The position numbers were made by a program, and so were the translations under genes. From Macrostomum hystrix (Eukaryota; Animalia; Platyhelminthes): a stretch of DNA of 64,000 nucleotides. Location: positions 4,340,001 through 4,404,000 of the forward strand of contig CATNEN010000033.1 of the NCBI GenBank assembly GCA_950097015.1, in the 5' to 3' direction. The notes beneath the pieces are model-generated. The model worked only from the letters and a program-made list of their open reading frames with translations, had not been told where the DNA came from and made no database searches. Below, piece after piece: positions 12,435 to 24,940 of this stretch (positions within the stretch are counted from its first letter, which is position 1; every line of letters begins with the position of its first letter).

Positions 12435-12454
12435 ATTGGCTGGGCGCTATTAAA
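12435..12454 (+). promoter_or_regulatory. Candidate core promoter (inverted CCAAT box plus TATA-like TATTAAA)
   Basis: GATTGGC at 12434-12440 and TATTAAA at 12448-12454, ~100 nt upstream of ATG 12553. Motif match only. Confidence 0.35.
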
Positions 12455-12552
12455 GGGCGAATCAGGAGTCGCAGGGAAACCAAGAGGGAGACGGGTAGTT
12501 TGATTCCAGGAAAAGTATTTGACGTTGAATTTTAATCGCCCGGGCCTCCTCA

Positions 12553-15500
12553 ATGAATAATCCATGCACTCGGAAAGCTTTTCTTATCATACATTCAATA
12601 GTGCTGCACACTATTGGCCACCTAAGTCTGTGAGTATTATAGTTGCAAATCTATTAATAGTCTCATTCGTACACTGGCCAAGTCGCCGCATCAGCCCAGC
12701 ATGTCGCCTCAGGTTGAAATGATCAGCGTCTGCTTTCACAGCCACCCGCCATTCTCGGACTATCGCGAGCAGGCTGTCAAAGACGGCATCGAAGGAGTGT
12801 TCTGGGACCTGACCCGGTCAGGTGTGGCTGACTGCATCGGCAACCGGAGCCTCCAGTTCCAAGTTCGCCGACTCTCCAGCGAGAGTCACCTGCTGGAGGC
12901 GGTGTCTGCTGGGGACTGCCGAATTGGCTTCCCCGCCACGTGGACTCCACTGATGGACCGGCTGGCCGCCACAAGATTTCTGCCGGTTGCTAGGTCGCCA
13001 GGTGAGTGAGAGTGTACACTGCCTGAACGATGAGAAGGCCAGGGCTGATGAGCTTACTGTACACCTTTGTGTGAATGCGTACGGTATCTGTGTGCGTGTT
13101 GTACTCAGAAGTCAGCGGAATGGAAAAAAATGCCCCTCTCTGGCTGCGGGTCATCTGTCATCGAATTAGTTGTTGTGGTTCACCTACATGTGCAGGTAGG
13201 CCTACAGCTAGGTTGGGTAAGCTGCGACTCCCCAGGTCCCCAAAAAAGCGCCGCTCGACCCGCGTCCGGAGGAATGACAGAGAGAAACAACAACAGACTC
13301 ACAGTATCTCGGCTGATGCAACAGTTAGTAGCCGGTCGGTGTTATTATTTGCACTAAAATAGACAGTCTCGTAACCGGTGGGCAGACGAGGTTAGCAAGG
13401 TCTAATTAACTGGGCACAACTATATAGCTAGGTTGGCACCACAGAACTCCGGGGTGGGGTAAGAGAGCGCGCAAGGCGGGTGAGATGTACATTCAACAAT
13501 TAGGGGTAGGCTGGGGCGATCGATACATATGAACTGGGGTGGGGGGCACGCTAGCCGACTGGCGGGGCAGGGAATGAGAAAGAGATGAAAATGATAGGGC
13601 AGAGGTGAGGGCTGAGTCACAACATAAATTTTAAGTGATTAATTTTAAGTGTCAACAGCCTCCTGCGGCTCAATGCTGATTAGCACCAGCGCTCATCAGT
13701 AAAGTGGATTAATGTGGACCTTCTGCGGAGAATGATTCCCCAGAAGCTATAAATAGCTCGTAGCAACAAAACAACCCTAGCTGAAGAAATTATATTTTTG
13801 AAGTCCTTTAGAGTCCTTGATTGGACCAGGCTGGAATGTACTTTACGCCGACCTCCCCGCTCACTGGGCAGGCGCTGTTTGGCTGGACACGACCGGCGGT
13901 CCGCACGCCGACGATGGCGCCTGGCAGCTGCGCACGGTGGCTCAGGCGTGGCCGCTGCTGCTGGTCATCCTTCTGTCCTGCGGCTACGCCGGAGTGGCGG
14001 TCTGGCTCCTGGAGCGATTGCGCAACTCGCAGGAGTTTCCCAGGCCGTTCGTGCGCGGATTCTGGGAGGGCTGTTGGTGGGCCTTCATCACCATGACAAC
14101 GGTTGGGTGAGACTTCGAGTTTGAAATTTTGGAAAACGTGATTTTTTGTAGCAGATAAGTTCATATGTAGTTTTTCTCACCTTCATGAAATCTTCACCGA
14201 AATTATATCTATCTATGTACGTTAGTATGTACTTTAATAGTACATGCATACTTTTTAACTCCACGTGATATTTCAAATACCTGCACTGTTTTCTGCATCT
14301 CCCAAAATACGGGCTCGTATTCACCCAATCGCCATGAAAATCCTTCCAGAATCACAGAGCATCGGCATCGTCGGGATATTCAACGATTCCCGTCGGGGTG
14401 TCTGGTGGAAAGAACCACAAGTATATGCATAATATTTTGCTCACAAAATTTCATCACGCAATCTTGTCGGCTATAATTGTTAACTCGTATTTTGGATTGA
14501 TTAAGTTTTTAACTGATCTGTATGGTGGACATTCACTAAAATCAGCCATTCGGTTTGGGAGCTATCGTGAAGTAGGCAGTGGGTATTTAAAATACCTCCG
14601 TGGGGGATAAATTTTGCGGTCTTTCTAATGTTAGAAGTGAATATTCGTGATAAAATATCCTATCTATGTAATTTTTGTGCTCAATTTTCGGCCTAATCCC
14701 TTTTCGCCTGGTAACTATGCGCTTAGATACGGCGACAGGTCGCCAAAGTCAGTGTGCGGCCGGCTGTTCGCCTTCGCCTGGATCAGCTTCGGACTGGTGG
14801 CCGTGTCCATGTTCACCGCCGGCATCACCGCCGCCCTCAGCGCCCAGGGCCAGCAGCAGTTCGACGATGGCAAACTCATGACAGTTGGGGTGCGGCCGGA
14901 CTGCGTGTGCGATTTCATTTTTACACGAAACCTGTTAATCAAAACTGTGCCTGGTTTCAGATGATTGTGCTGAACGGATCGCACGAGGAGACCCTGGTCT
15001 ATGAGTTCGGCTCCACTCCTGTTGGTGAGCGCTGTGGAGACTGTCTGAGATGAGGCTTGTAGACAAAGCACTGGAAACTGAAACTATGAGAACCAACACC
15101 TCGAGATCCCGCACCCTGAGAAACCATACTTTTGGAACCCCCACACCCTGAGAAAATAGAGCATTGAATTCCACAACATGAGAACCGACGAACCGAAGAA
15201 CCCACACTCTGACAACCCATACTCTGAGAGCAAATTGAAATCCACAACATGAGAACCCGCGACCGAAAACCCCTGATTAACACCCTGACTAACCACACCC
15301 TAAGAACCCACACTCTGAGAGCCCACACTCTGAGAAACCACACTCTGAGAGCCCACACTCTGAGAAACCACACCCTGATAAACCACACCCTGAGAAACCA
15401 CACCCTGATAAACCACACCCTGAGAAACCACACCCTGAGAACCCATGCACGCCCTGAGAACCCAAACATTTAGAAACCACACAAAATCCTCACCCTGAGA

Positions 15501-18500
15501 ACACAGGTCAACCCACACCCTGAGAACCCACACCTTTAAAACCCGAAACCTGTGAACTCACACTTATATAACCCTCAGAACACACCTTTAGAAATCTCAC
15601 TAAAAAGCCACATTTAGTCATAGATTTTCTCCCGCATTTTCCAGTCGTTAATACCTGGGACGATCTGGTGTCAGCCGCAGCCGCCCCACCTCCGGGCTCT
15701 CGGATTTTTTCGCCGTCCAACATGAGTTCCAGATGGACCCACGCGACCGTTCGGCAGCCGCACGGTGTCCTGATGGAGCACTTTATGTACCTGCACGTGC
15801 GGCAGCAGCACCCGCACCGACTGCACGGCAGGGCGACCGCAGCGCAGCCGACTCTGGTCCGGCGCCCCACCCAGCGGGGCCTCCTGGTGCGCGGCCTGCA
15901 GAACAGCCTGGCAGACTGCCTGGCCGACCGCCTGGCCGCTCAGCAGCTCAGCGTCTACGGCCGTCTGGTCGGGCTGGAGCACGCTCACGAGGAGCTCGAG
16001 GTTAGCTGACTGTGGGACTTCTTCGATAGAAAAATTAGGGCTTGAAAGGGATTTCGGGCGCGGGTTCGGGTTATGACAGTTTGGGGTTTGGAGGATTTTT
16101 AGGATCCTCAATTTTAATGACAATTGTGATCGGGGATTTCTGATTTTGGTAGGATTATTTGGATTGAGGATTTCAATTTTAGAATAATTGGGATTGGGGA
16201 TTTCTAATTGTAGTGGGATAATTGGGATTCGGGATTTCTAATTTTAGTGGGATAATTGGGATTCGGAATTTTTAATTGCAGTGGGATAATAGGGATTGGG
16301 GATTTCTAATTGTAGTTGGATAACAGGGATTAGGATTTCTAATTGTAGTGGGATAACTGGGATTGGGGATTTCTAATTGTAGTGTGATAACTGGGATTGG
16401 GGATTTCTAATTGTAGTTGGATAACTGGGATTGGGATTTCTAATTGTAGTGTGATAACTGGGATTGGGGATTTCTAATTTTAGTGTGATAACTGTGATTG
16501 GGGATTTCTAATTGTAGTGTGATAACTGGGATTGGGGATTTCTGATTGTAGTGGGATAACTGGGATTGGGGATTTCTAATTGTAGTGTGATAACTGGGAT
16601 TGGGGATTTCTAATTGTAGTTGGATAACTGGGATTGGGATTTCTAATTGTAGTGTGATAACTGGGATTGGGGATTTCTAATTGTAGTTGGATAACTGGGA
16701 TTAGGATTTCTAATTGTAGTGGGATAACTGGGATTGGGGATTTCTAATTGTAGTGTGATAACTGGGATTGGGGATTTCTAATTGTAGTTGGATAAATGGG
16801 ATTGGGATTTCTTATTGTAGCGGGATAACTGGGATTGGGGATTTCTAATTGTAGTGTGATAACTGGGATTGGGATTTCTTATTGTAGCGGGATAACTGGG
16901 ATTGGGGATTTCTAATTGTAGTGGGATAATTGGGATTGGGGATTTCTAATTGTAGTGGGATAATTGGGATTGGGGATTTCTAGTTGTAGTGGGATAATTG
17001 GGATTGGGGATTTCTAATTGTAGTGGGATAACTGGGATTGGGGATTTCTAATTGTAGTGTGATAACTGGGATTGGGGATTTCTAATTGTAGTTGGATAAC
17101 TGGGATTGGGATTTCTAATTGTAGTGTGATAACTGGGATTGGGGATTTCTAATTTTAGTGTGATAACTGTGATTGGGGATTTCTAATTGTAGTGTGATAA
17201 CTGGGATTGGGGATTTCTGATTGTAGTGGGATAACTGGGATTGGGGATTTCTAATTGTAGTGTGATAACTGGGATTGGGGATTTCTAATTGTAGTTGGAT
17301 AACTGGGATTGGGATTTCTAATTGTAGTGTGATAACTGGGATTGGGGATTTCTAATTGTAGTTGGATAACTGGGATTAGGATTTCTAATTGTAGTGGGAT
17401 AACTGGGATTGGGGATTTCTAATTGTAGTGTGATAACTGGGATTGGGGATTTCTAATTGTAGTTGGATAACTGGGATTGGGATTTCTAATTGTAGTGTGA
17501 TAACTGGGATTGGGGATTTCTAATTGTAGTTGGATAACTGGGATTAGGATTTCTAATTGTAGTGGGATAACTGGGATTGGGGATTTCTAATTGTAGTGTG
17601 ATAACTGGGATTGGGGATTTCTAATTGTAGTTGGATAAATGGGATTGGGATTTCTTATTGTAGCGGGATAATTGGGATTGGGGATTTCTAATTGTAGTTG
17701 GATAACTGGGATTGGGATTTCTTATTGTAGCGGGATAACTGGGATTGGGGATTTCTAATTGTAGTGGGATGATTGGGATTGGGATTTCTAATTGTAGTGG
17801 GATAATTGGGATTGGGGATTTCTAATTGTAGTGGGATAATTGGGATTGGGGAATTCTAATTGTAGCGGGATAATTGGGATTGGGGATTTCTAGTTGTAGT
17901 GGGATAATTGGGATTGGGGATTTCTAATTGTAGTGGGATAACTGGGATTGGGGATTTCTAATTGTAGCGGGATAACTGGGATTGGGATTTCTAGTTGTAG
18001 TGGGATAATTGGGATTGGGGATTTCTAATTTTAGTGGGATAATTGGGATTGGGGATTTCTAATTGTAGTGGGATAACTGGGATTGGGATTTTTAATTGTA
18101 GCGGGATAACTGGGATTGGGATTTCTTATTGTAGTGGGATAATTGGGATTGGGGATTTCTAATTTTAGTGGGATAATTGGGATTGGGGATTTCTAATTGT
18201 AGTGGGATAACTATGACTCTAAGCTGATTTCGCAGACCGTTACGTTCAACACCGAATTTGGCGAGCGGACAGAGCATTGGCCATGTCCCACAGGCTAGTC
18301 TTGTCCCCACTGCCATATGGGATTTCACTGCATATACATGTAGGAAGTGACAAACTGCAAAGTGCAGTTTTCTTAACAACAAAAGCGCAAGAAAATTTTG
18401 TCAAGTTGATGAAGACAAGACTTTCTGCCGGCTTCCAGCTGATCCAAACGCTATATCCCATATATTATATTTCCCATAGAGTGGGATAGCAAAAGTGCCG

Positions 18501-21500
18501 CTTTCTCTGGGGATTTTCTGGGGCTGGGGTTTTTTGGCAAAGCAAGGCTGACAAACAAACAACTGTTATCTGCGACATGCTTAGTTCATGTTCATTTAGT
18601 TCATGCCTAGCGAGATCTCAGATCCTTCCTCTCATCTCCCTGTCGGCTCCTGTCAGCTGTCTCTGAGTTTTAACTGAAATTTTCTTATTAGAATGCTTTC
18701 CTACACGCTTTGCATCGTGTATTGCAGCAAAAATGTATCTATTTTGTCAGGCTTTTACTTTTGCTGAGTCCTGACAGACTGAGGGTCGTACTAGGGAGTG
18801 GAATGGTTGTCTATGTGAGTGAGGAGTTTTGTGGTCTGAGAAAGGAGTGGGGTGTTTGTCTATGAGGGTGAGGAGTTTGTGGTCAGAGAAAGGAGTGGGG
18901 TGGTTGTCCGTGAGGGTGAGGAGTTTTGTGGTCTGAGAAAGGAGTGGGGTGTTTGTCTATGAGGGTGAGGAGTTTGTGGTCAGAGAAAGGAGTGGGGTGT
19001 TTGTCTATGAGGGTGAGGAGTTTGTGGTCAGAGAAAGGAGTGGGGTGGTTGTCCGTGAGGGTGAGGAGTTTGTGGTCTGAGAAAGGAGTGGGGTGGTTGA
19101 CTGTGTGGGTGAGGAGTTTGTGCATGGTCTGAGAAAGGAGTGGGGTGGTTGACTGTGAGGGTGAGGAGTTTGTCGTCAGAGAAAGGAATGGGGTGGTTGT
19201 CTTAGAGGGTCAGGGTTTTGGGTGTAGAGAAGAAGGCGCGAGGTGGTTTTCTGAGAGTTCTGAGGTTCAGAACAGTTTAGAGGTGAGTTCAGAGTTCAGA
19301 GGTGAGAAGTTCCGAGGTTAGAGAACGAAGTGGGGTGTTTGTCCACATGGGGATTGGGTCGAGGTGGAAAATGGGATGCCTGCATAAAACGAAGAGAGTT
19401 GGAGATTGTGGAAAGAGGTCTTATATTTCTGAATTTATTGAGTTGATTCTCCCCGTTGCAGCCGCCTGAGGATCCTCAAAGTCCGGAGGGCGTGGCGCGC
19501 GCCCTCTTCGTTGCCAACCAGCTGCAGCTGCTTGGCCTGGCCGGCTGCCTGGCGCTGCTGCTGCTGCTGTTGCTGGCATGGGAAAAGCTGCGGTGGGAGC
19601 CGCGCAACCCGCACTATCAGTGTGAGGAATTTGGAGGTCTTATTTTAATTTATTTTAACTAGGGATTATCTGGTTCATGGGGCTGAGTAGCAGAGTGGTC
19701 TCTCGCAACAAGGTCCCTGAGCTCGATTCCACGCTAGATTTTTTGGGGCGCAGCCGCATTGAGAGGGCTTGGGGGCTTGTCGTGCAATTTACTCCCTTTA
19801 GAAAGTCAGGGCAGATGTACACACCTGTGTGGGTGTATGCCTGCGTACGGTATCCGTGTGCGTGTTTTCTCAGGAATCAGCGAAATGGGCAGAATTGCCT
19901 CCTCGCCGGCTGCGGGTCTAGTGTCACCAAATGATGTGCCATTCCCCTGAAGTATTATTATTATTATCGTCAGGTTAACAGCAATTCGGCAGGTAAATAA
20001 TGAACGGTCAAACATAATTCAATAGCTTATCGATCCCTGCCTTTTGGACCCCAGAGCCTTGATAAGAGCTTCCTAGATCGTTAATTCCTCACTTCTTATG
20101 CTTGATCCTTGATGATCGAAATTTAGATCCGAAGATCCTTTATCCCAAGATTCTTTATCCCAAGATTCTTTATCCCAAGATCCTTCATCCCAAGATCCTT
20201 CATTCCAAGATCCTTCATCCTTAGATCCTTCATCCCAAGATCCTTCATTCCAAGATCCTTCATCCTTAGATCCTTCATTCCAAGATCCTTCATCCCAAGA
20301 TCCTTCATTCCAAGATCCTTCATCCTTAGATCCTTCATTCCAAGATCCTTCATCCCAAGATCCTTCATTCCAAGATCCTTCATCCTTAGATCCTTCATCC
20401 CAAGATCCTTCATTCCAAGATCCTTCATCCTTAGATCCTTCATCCCAAGATCCTTCATCCCAAGATCCTTCATCCCAAGATCCTTCATCCCAAGATCCTT
20501 CATTCCAAGATCCTTTATCCAAAAATCCTTCATTCCAAGATCCATTATTCCAAGATCCTTCATCCCAAAATCCTTCATCCTAAGATCCTTCATCCCAAGA
20601 TCCTTCATCCCAAGATCCTTCATCCTTAGATCCTTCATTCCAAGATCCTTCATCCTTAGATCCTTCATTCCAAGATCCTTCATCCTTAGATCCTTCATCC
20701 CAAGATCCTTCATCCCAAGATCCTTCATCCCAAGATCCTTCATCCCAAGATCCTTCATTCCAAGATCCATTATCCAAAAATACTTCATTCCAAGATCCAT
20801 TATTCCAAGATCCTTCATCCCAAAATCCTTCATCCCAAGATCCTTCATTCCAAGATTCATTATCCAAAAATCCTTCATCCCAAGATCCTTCATCCCAAGA
20901 TCCATTATCCAAAAATCCTTCATCCCAAGATCCTTCATCCCAAGATCCATTATCCAAAAATCCTTCATCCCAAGATCCTTCATCCCAAGATCCATTATCC
21001 TAAGATCCTTCATCCCAAGATCCTTCATCCTTAGATCCTTCATCCCAAGATCCTTCATTCCAAGATCCTTCATCCTTAGATCCTTCATCCCAAGATCCTT
21101 CATCCCAAGATCCTTCATCCTTAGATCCTTCATCCCAAGATCCTTCATCCTTAGATCCTTCATTCCAAGATCCTTCATCCCAAGATCCTTCATTCCAAGA
21201 TCCTTCATCCTTAGATCCTTCATCCCAAGATCCTTCATTCCAAGATCCTTCATCCTTAGATCCTTCATCCCAAGATCCTTCATTCCAAGATCCATTATCC
21301 AAAAATCCTTCATCCCAAGATCCTTCATCCTAAGATCCTTCATTCCAAGATCCATTATCCAAAAATCCTTCATCCCAAGATCCTTCATCCCAAGATCCAT
21401 TATCCTAAGATCCATTATCCAAAAATTCTTCATCCCAAGATCCATTATCCTAAGATCCTTCATCCCAAGATCCTTCATTCCAAGATCCATTATTCCAAGA

Positions 21501-24090
21501 TCCTTCATCCCAAAATCCTTCATTCCAAGATCCATCATTCCGAGATCCATTATCCAAAAATCCTTCATTCCGAGATCCATTATTCCAAGATCCATTATCC
21601 AAAAATCCTTCATTCCAAGATCCATTATTCCAAGATCCATTATTCCAAGATCCATTATCCAAAAATCCTTCATTCCAAGATCCATCATTCCAAGATCCAT
21701 TATCCAAAAATCCTTCATCTCAAGATCCTTCATCCTAAGATCCTTCATTCCAAGATCCATCATTCCAAGATCCATTATCCAAAAATCCTTCATCCCAAGA
21801 TCCATTATCCTAAGATCCTTCATCCCAAGATCCTTCATTCCAAGATCCATTATTCCAAGATCCTTCATCCCAAAATCCTTCATTCCAAGATCCATCATTC
21901 CAAGATCCATTATCCAAAAATCCTTCATCCCAAGATCCTTCATTCCAAGATCCATTATCCAAAAATCCTTCATCTCAAGATCCTTCATCCTAAGATCCTT
22001 CATCCCAAGATCCATTATCCAAAAATCCTTCATCTCAAGATCCTTCATCCTAAGATCCTTCATCCCAAGATCCTTCATTCCAAGATCCTTCATTCCAAGA
22101 TCCATTATCCAAAAATCCTTCATTCCAAGATCCTTCATTCCAAGATCCTTCATTCCAAGATCCATTATCCAAAAATCCTTCATCCCAAGATCCTTCATTC
22201 CAAGATCCATTATCCAAAAATCCTTCATTCCAAGATCCATTATCCAAAAATCCTTCATCCCAAGATCCTTCATCCCAAGATCCTTCATCCCAAGATCCAT
22301 TATCCAAAAATCCTTCATTCCAAGATCCATTATTCCAAGATCCTTCATCCCAAAATCCTTCATCCCAAGATCCTTCATCCCAAGATCCATTATCCAAAAA
22401 TCCTTCATTCCAAGATCCATTATTCCAAGATCCTTCATCCCAAAATCCTTCATTCCAAGATCCATCATTCCAAGATCCATTATCCAAAAATCCTTCATCC
22501 CAAGATCCTTCATTCCAAGATCCATTATCCAAAAATCCTTCATTCCAAGATCCATTATCCAAAAATCCTTCATCCCAAGATCCTTCATTCCAAGATCCAT
22601 TATCCAAAAATCCTTCATCTCAAGATCCTTCATCCCAAGATCCTTCATCCTAAGATCCTTTAATCCTTTAATCCTAAGATCCATTATCCAAAAATCCTTC
22701 ATCTCAAGATCCTTCATCCTAAGATCCTTCATCCCAAGATCCTTCATTCCAAGATCCTTCATTCCAAGATCCATTATCCAAAAATCCTTCATTCCAAGAT
22801 CCTTCATTCCAAGATCCTTCATTCCAAGATCCATTATCCAAAAATCCTTCATCCCAAGATCCTTCATTCCAAGATCCATTATCCAAAAATCCTTCATTCC
22901 AAGATCCATTATCCAAAAATCCTTCATCCCAAGATCCTTCATCCCAAGATCCTTCATCCCAAGATCCATTATCCAAAAATCCTTCATTCCAAGATCCATT
23001 ATTCCAAGATCCTTCATCCCAAAATCCTTCATCCCAAGATCCTTCATCCCAAGATCCATTATCCAAAAATCCTTCATTCCAAGATCCATTATTCCAAGAT
23101 CCTTCATCCCAAAATCCTTCATTCCAAGATCCATCATTCCAAGATCCATTATCCAAAAATCCTTCATCCCAAGATCCTTCATTCCAAGATCCATTATCCA
23201 AAAATCCTTCATCTCAAGATCCTTCATCCCAAGATCCTTCATCCTAAGATCCTTCATCCCAAGATCCTTCATTCCAAGATCCTTCATTCCAAGATCCATT
23301 ATCCAAAAATCCTTCATTCCAAGATCCTTCATTCCAAGATCCTTCATTCCAAGATCCTTCATTCCAAGATCCTTCATTCCAAGATCCATTATCCAAAAAT
23401 CCTTCATCCCAAGATCCTTCATTCCAAGATCAATTATCCAAAAATCCTTCATTCCAAGATCCATTATCCAAAAATCCTTCATCCCAAGATCCTTCATTCC
23501 AAGATCCATTATCCAAAAATCCTTCATCCCAAGATCCTTCATCCCAAGATCCTTCATCCCAAGATCCTTCATCCCAAGATCCTTCATCCCAAGATCCATT
23601 ATCCAAAAATCCTTCATTCCAAGATCCATTATTCCAAGATCCATTATCCAAAAATCCTTCATTCCAAGATCCATTATTCCAAGATCCTTCATCCCTTGAT
23701 ATTTTTACAAACTTTCTTTTTCAAATATCTGTTTTTACTGAAAATGTTTCTAGCTCATAGATTGTTTATCCTGAGATTGTATTTCTTACATCTTTGATCT
23801 CTAGATCATTGCTCCCTAAATCCTTCATCTGTTAGCATTGACCCTTTGCAGTTGTGGAGAGCAACTGGAAGTACGAGCGTCAGCGCAGAGACGCTGATCT
23901 GGTCCGCCAGCAGCTGCAGCAGCATCGGTCCAGACCTTCAACCACCGCCGCAAATCGACGGCGAAGACGTAGACAGTCTCAGCCGTCGAATTTGCCGCAG
24001 CAGCAGCGGCAGCAGCAGCCGCAGCAGCAGCCGCAGCAGCAGCCGCAGGCGCTGGATTCACTTGACGAAGCCGCAAATGATTTGGTCTAA
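12553..24090 (+). CDS. GluR0/AvGluR1-type ionotropic glutamate receptor-like channel with K+-channel selectivity filter (S1-M1-P-M3-S2-M4), 8 exons, ~556 aa
   Basis: Exons 12553-12629, 12661-13001, 13830-14106, 14727-14883 (or 14889), 14961-15024, 15645-16000, 19462-19621, 23852-24090 join in frame. The spliced pore reads WWAFITMTTVG|YGDRSPKSVCGRLFAFAW. S1-like HPPF...EGVFWDL and S2-like LNGSHEE...LMEH flank it, and M4 is LLGLAGCLALLLLLLLAW. Exon 1 and two junctions (13812 vs 13830, 14883 vs 14889) are less certain. Confidence 0.82.
13006..13175 (+). mobile_element. SINE family 1, 5'-truncated
   Basis: GTGAGAGTGTACACTGCC...GCGTACGGTATCTGTGTGCG...CTCAGAAGTCAGCG...GGCTGCGGGTC. It starts at position +5 of the intron. 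Confidence 0.7.
15270..15535. repeat. 15/18-bp CA-rich minisatellite
   Basis: AAACCACACCCTGAG-type units. Confidence 0.8.
16190..18212. repeat. 33/34-bp G-rich minisatellite, ~60 copies
   Basis: Unit CTGGGATTGGGGATTTCTAATTGTAGTGTGATAA with variants. Confidence 0.95.
18795..19200. repeat. 48-bp G-rich tandem repeat, ~8 copies
   Basis: Unit GAGGGTGAGGAGTTTGTGGTCAGAGAAAGGAGTGGGGTGTTTGTCTAT. Confidence 0.9.
19679..19968 (+). mobile_element. SINE family 1 copy with internal deletion
   Basis: TAGCAGAGTGG, GAGCTCGATTCC, GGCTTGGGGGCTTGTCGTGCAATT, CTCAGGAATCAGCG, GGCTGCGGGTCTAGTG and a (TAT)n tail. Confidence 0.75.
20125..23695. repeat. 15-bp minisatellite, ~235 copies with variant units
   Basis: CCAAGATCCTTCATC / CCAAGATCCATTATC / CAAAAATCCTTCATT variants. 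Confidence 0.97.
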
Positions 24091-24204
24091 GAAAGAATCG
24101 CAGAGTGCCGAGTGCGGATTTTGTACTTTTAGGGTTTCCTTGCACTCGACTGCGATTCCATAGATTAAAAGCAGGCAGATCTTATAGTGACCACCCTAAC
24201 AATT

Positions 24205-24940
24205 CTGCAGGTCATCTGGTAGCTTCAAACCCTTCTCAAGATCATCTGGTAGCTTCAAACCCTGCTGCAGATCATCTTGTAGCTTCAAACCCTGCTGCAG
24301 ATGATCTGGTAGCTTCAAACCCTGCTGCAGATCATCTTGTAGCTTCAAACCCTGCTGCAGATCATCTTGTAGCTTCAAACCCTGCTGTAGATCATCTGGT
24401 AGCTTCAAACCCTGCTGCAGATCATCTGGTAGCTTCAAACCCTGCTGCAGATCATCTTGTAGCTTCAAACCCTACTGCAGATCATCTGGTAGCTTCAAAC
24501 CCTACTGCAGATCATCTGGTAGCTTCAAACCCTACTGCAGATCATCTGGTAGCTTCAAACCCTACTGCAGATCATCTGGTAGCTTCAAACCCTACTGCAG
24601 ATCATCTGGTAGCTTCAAACCCTACTGCAGATCATCTGGTAGCTTCAAACCCTACTGCAGATCATCTGGTAGCTTCAAACCCTGCTGCAGATCATCTGGT
24701 AGCTTCAAACCCTTCTCAAGATAATGTGGTAGCTTCAAACCCTACTGCAGATCATCTGGTAGCTTCAAACAATTGTGCAGATCATCTGGTAGCTTCAAAC
24801 CCTTCTCAAGATAATGTGGTAGCTTCAAACCCTGCTGCAGATCATCTGGTAGCTTCAAACCCTTCTCAAGATAATGTGGTAGCTTCAAACCCTGCCGCAG
24901 ATCATCTGGTAGCTTCAAACAATTGTGCAGATCATCTGGT
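24205..24940. repeat. 30-bp tandem repeat, ~24 copies
   Basis: Unit ATCATCTGGTAGCTTCAAACCCTGCTGCAG. Confidence 0.95.

Noticed and set aside
20123-23692. 1189-aa minus-strand ORF (MKDLG repeats)
   Set aside because: It coincides exactly with a 15-bp minisatellite in an intron of a + strand gene. A unit length divisible by three keeps one frame open without selection.
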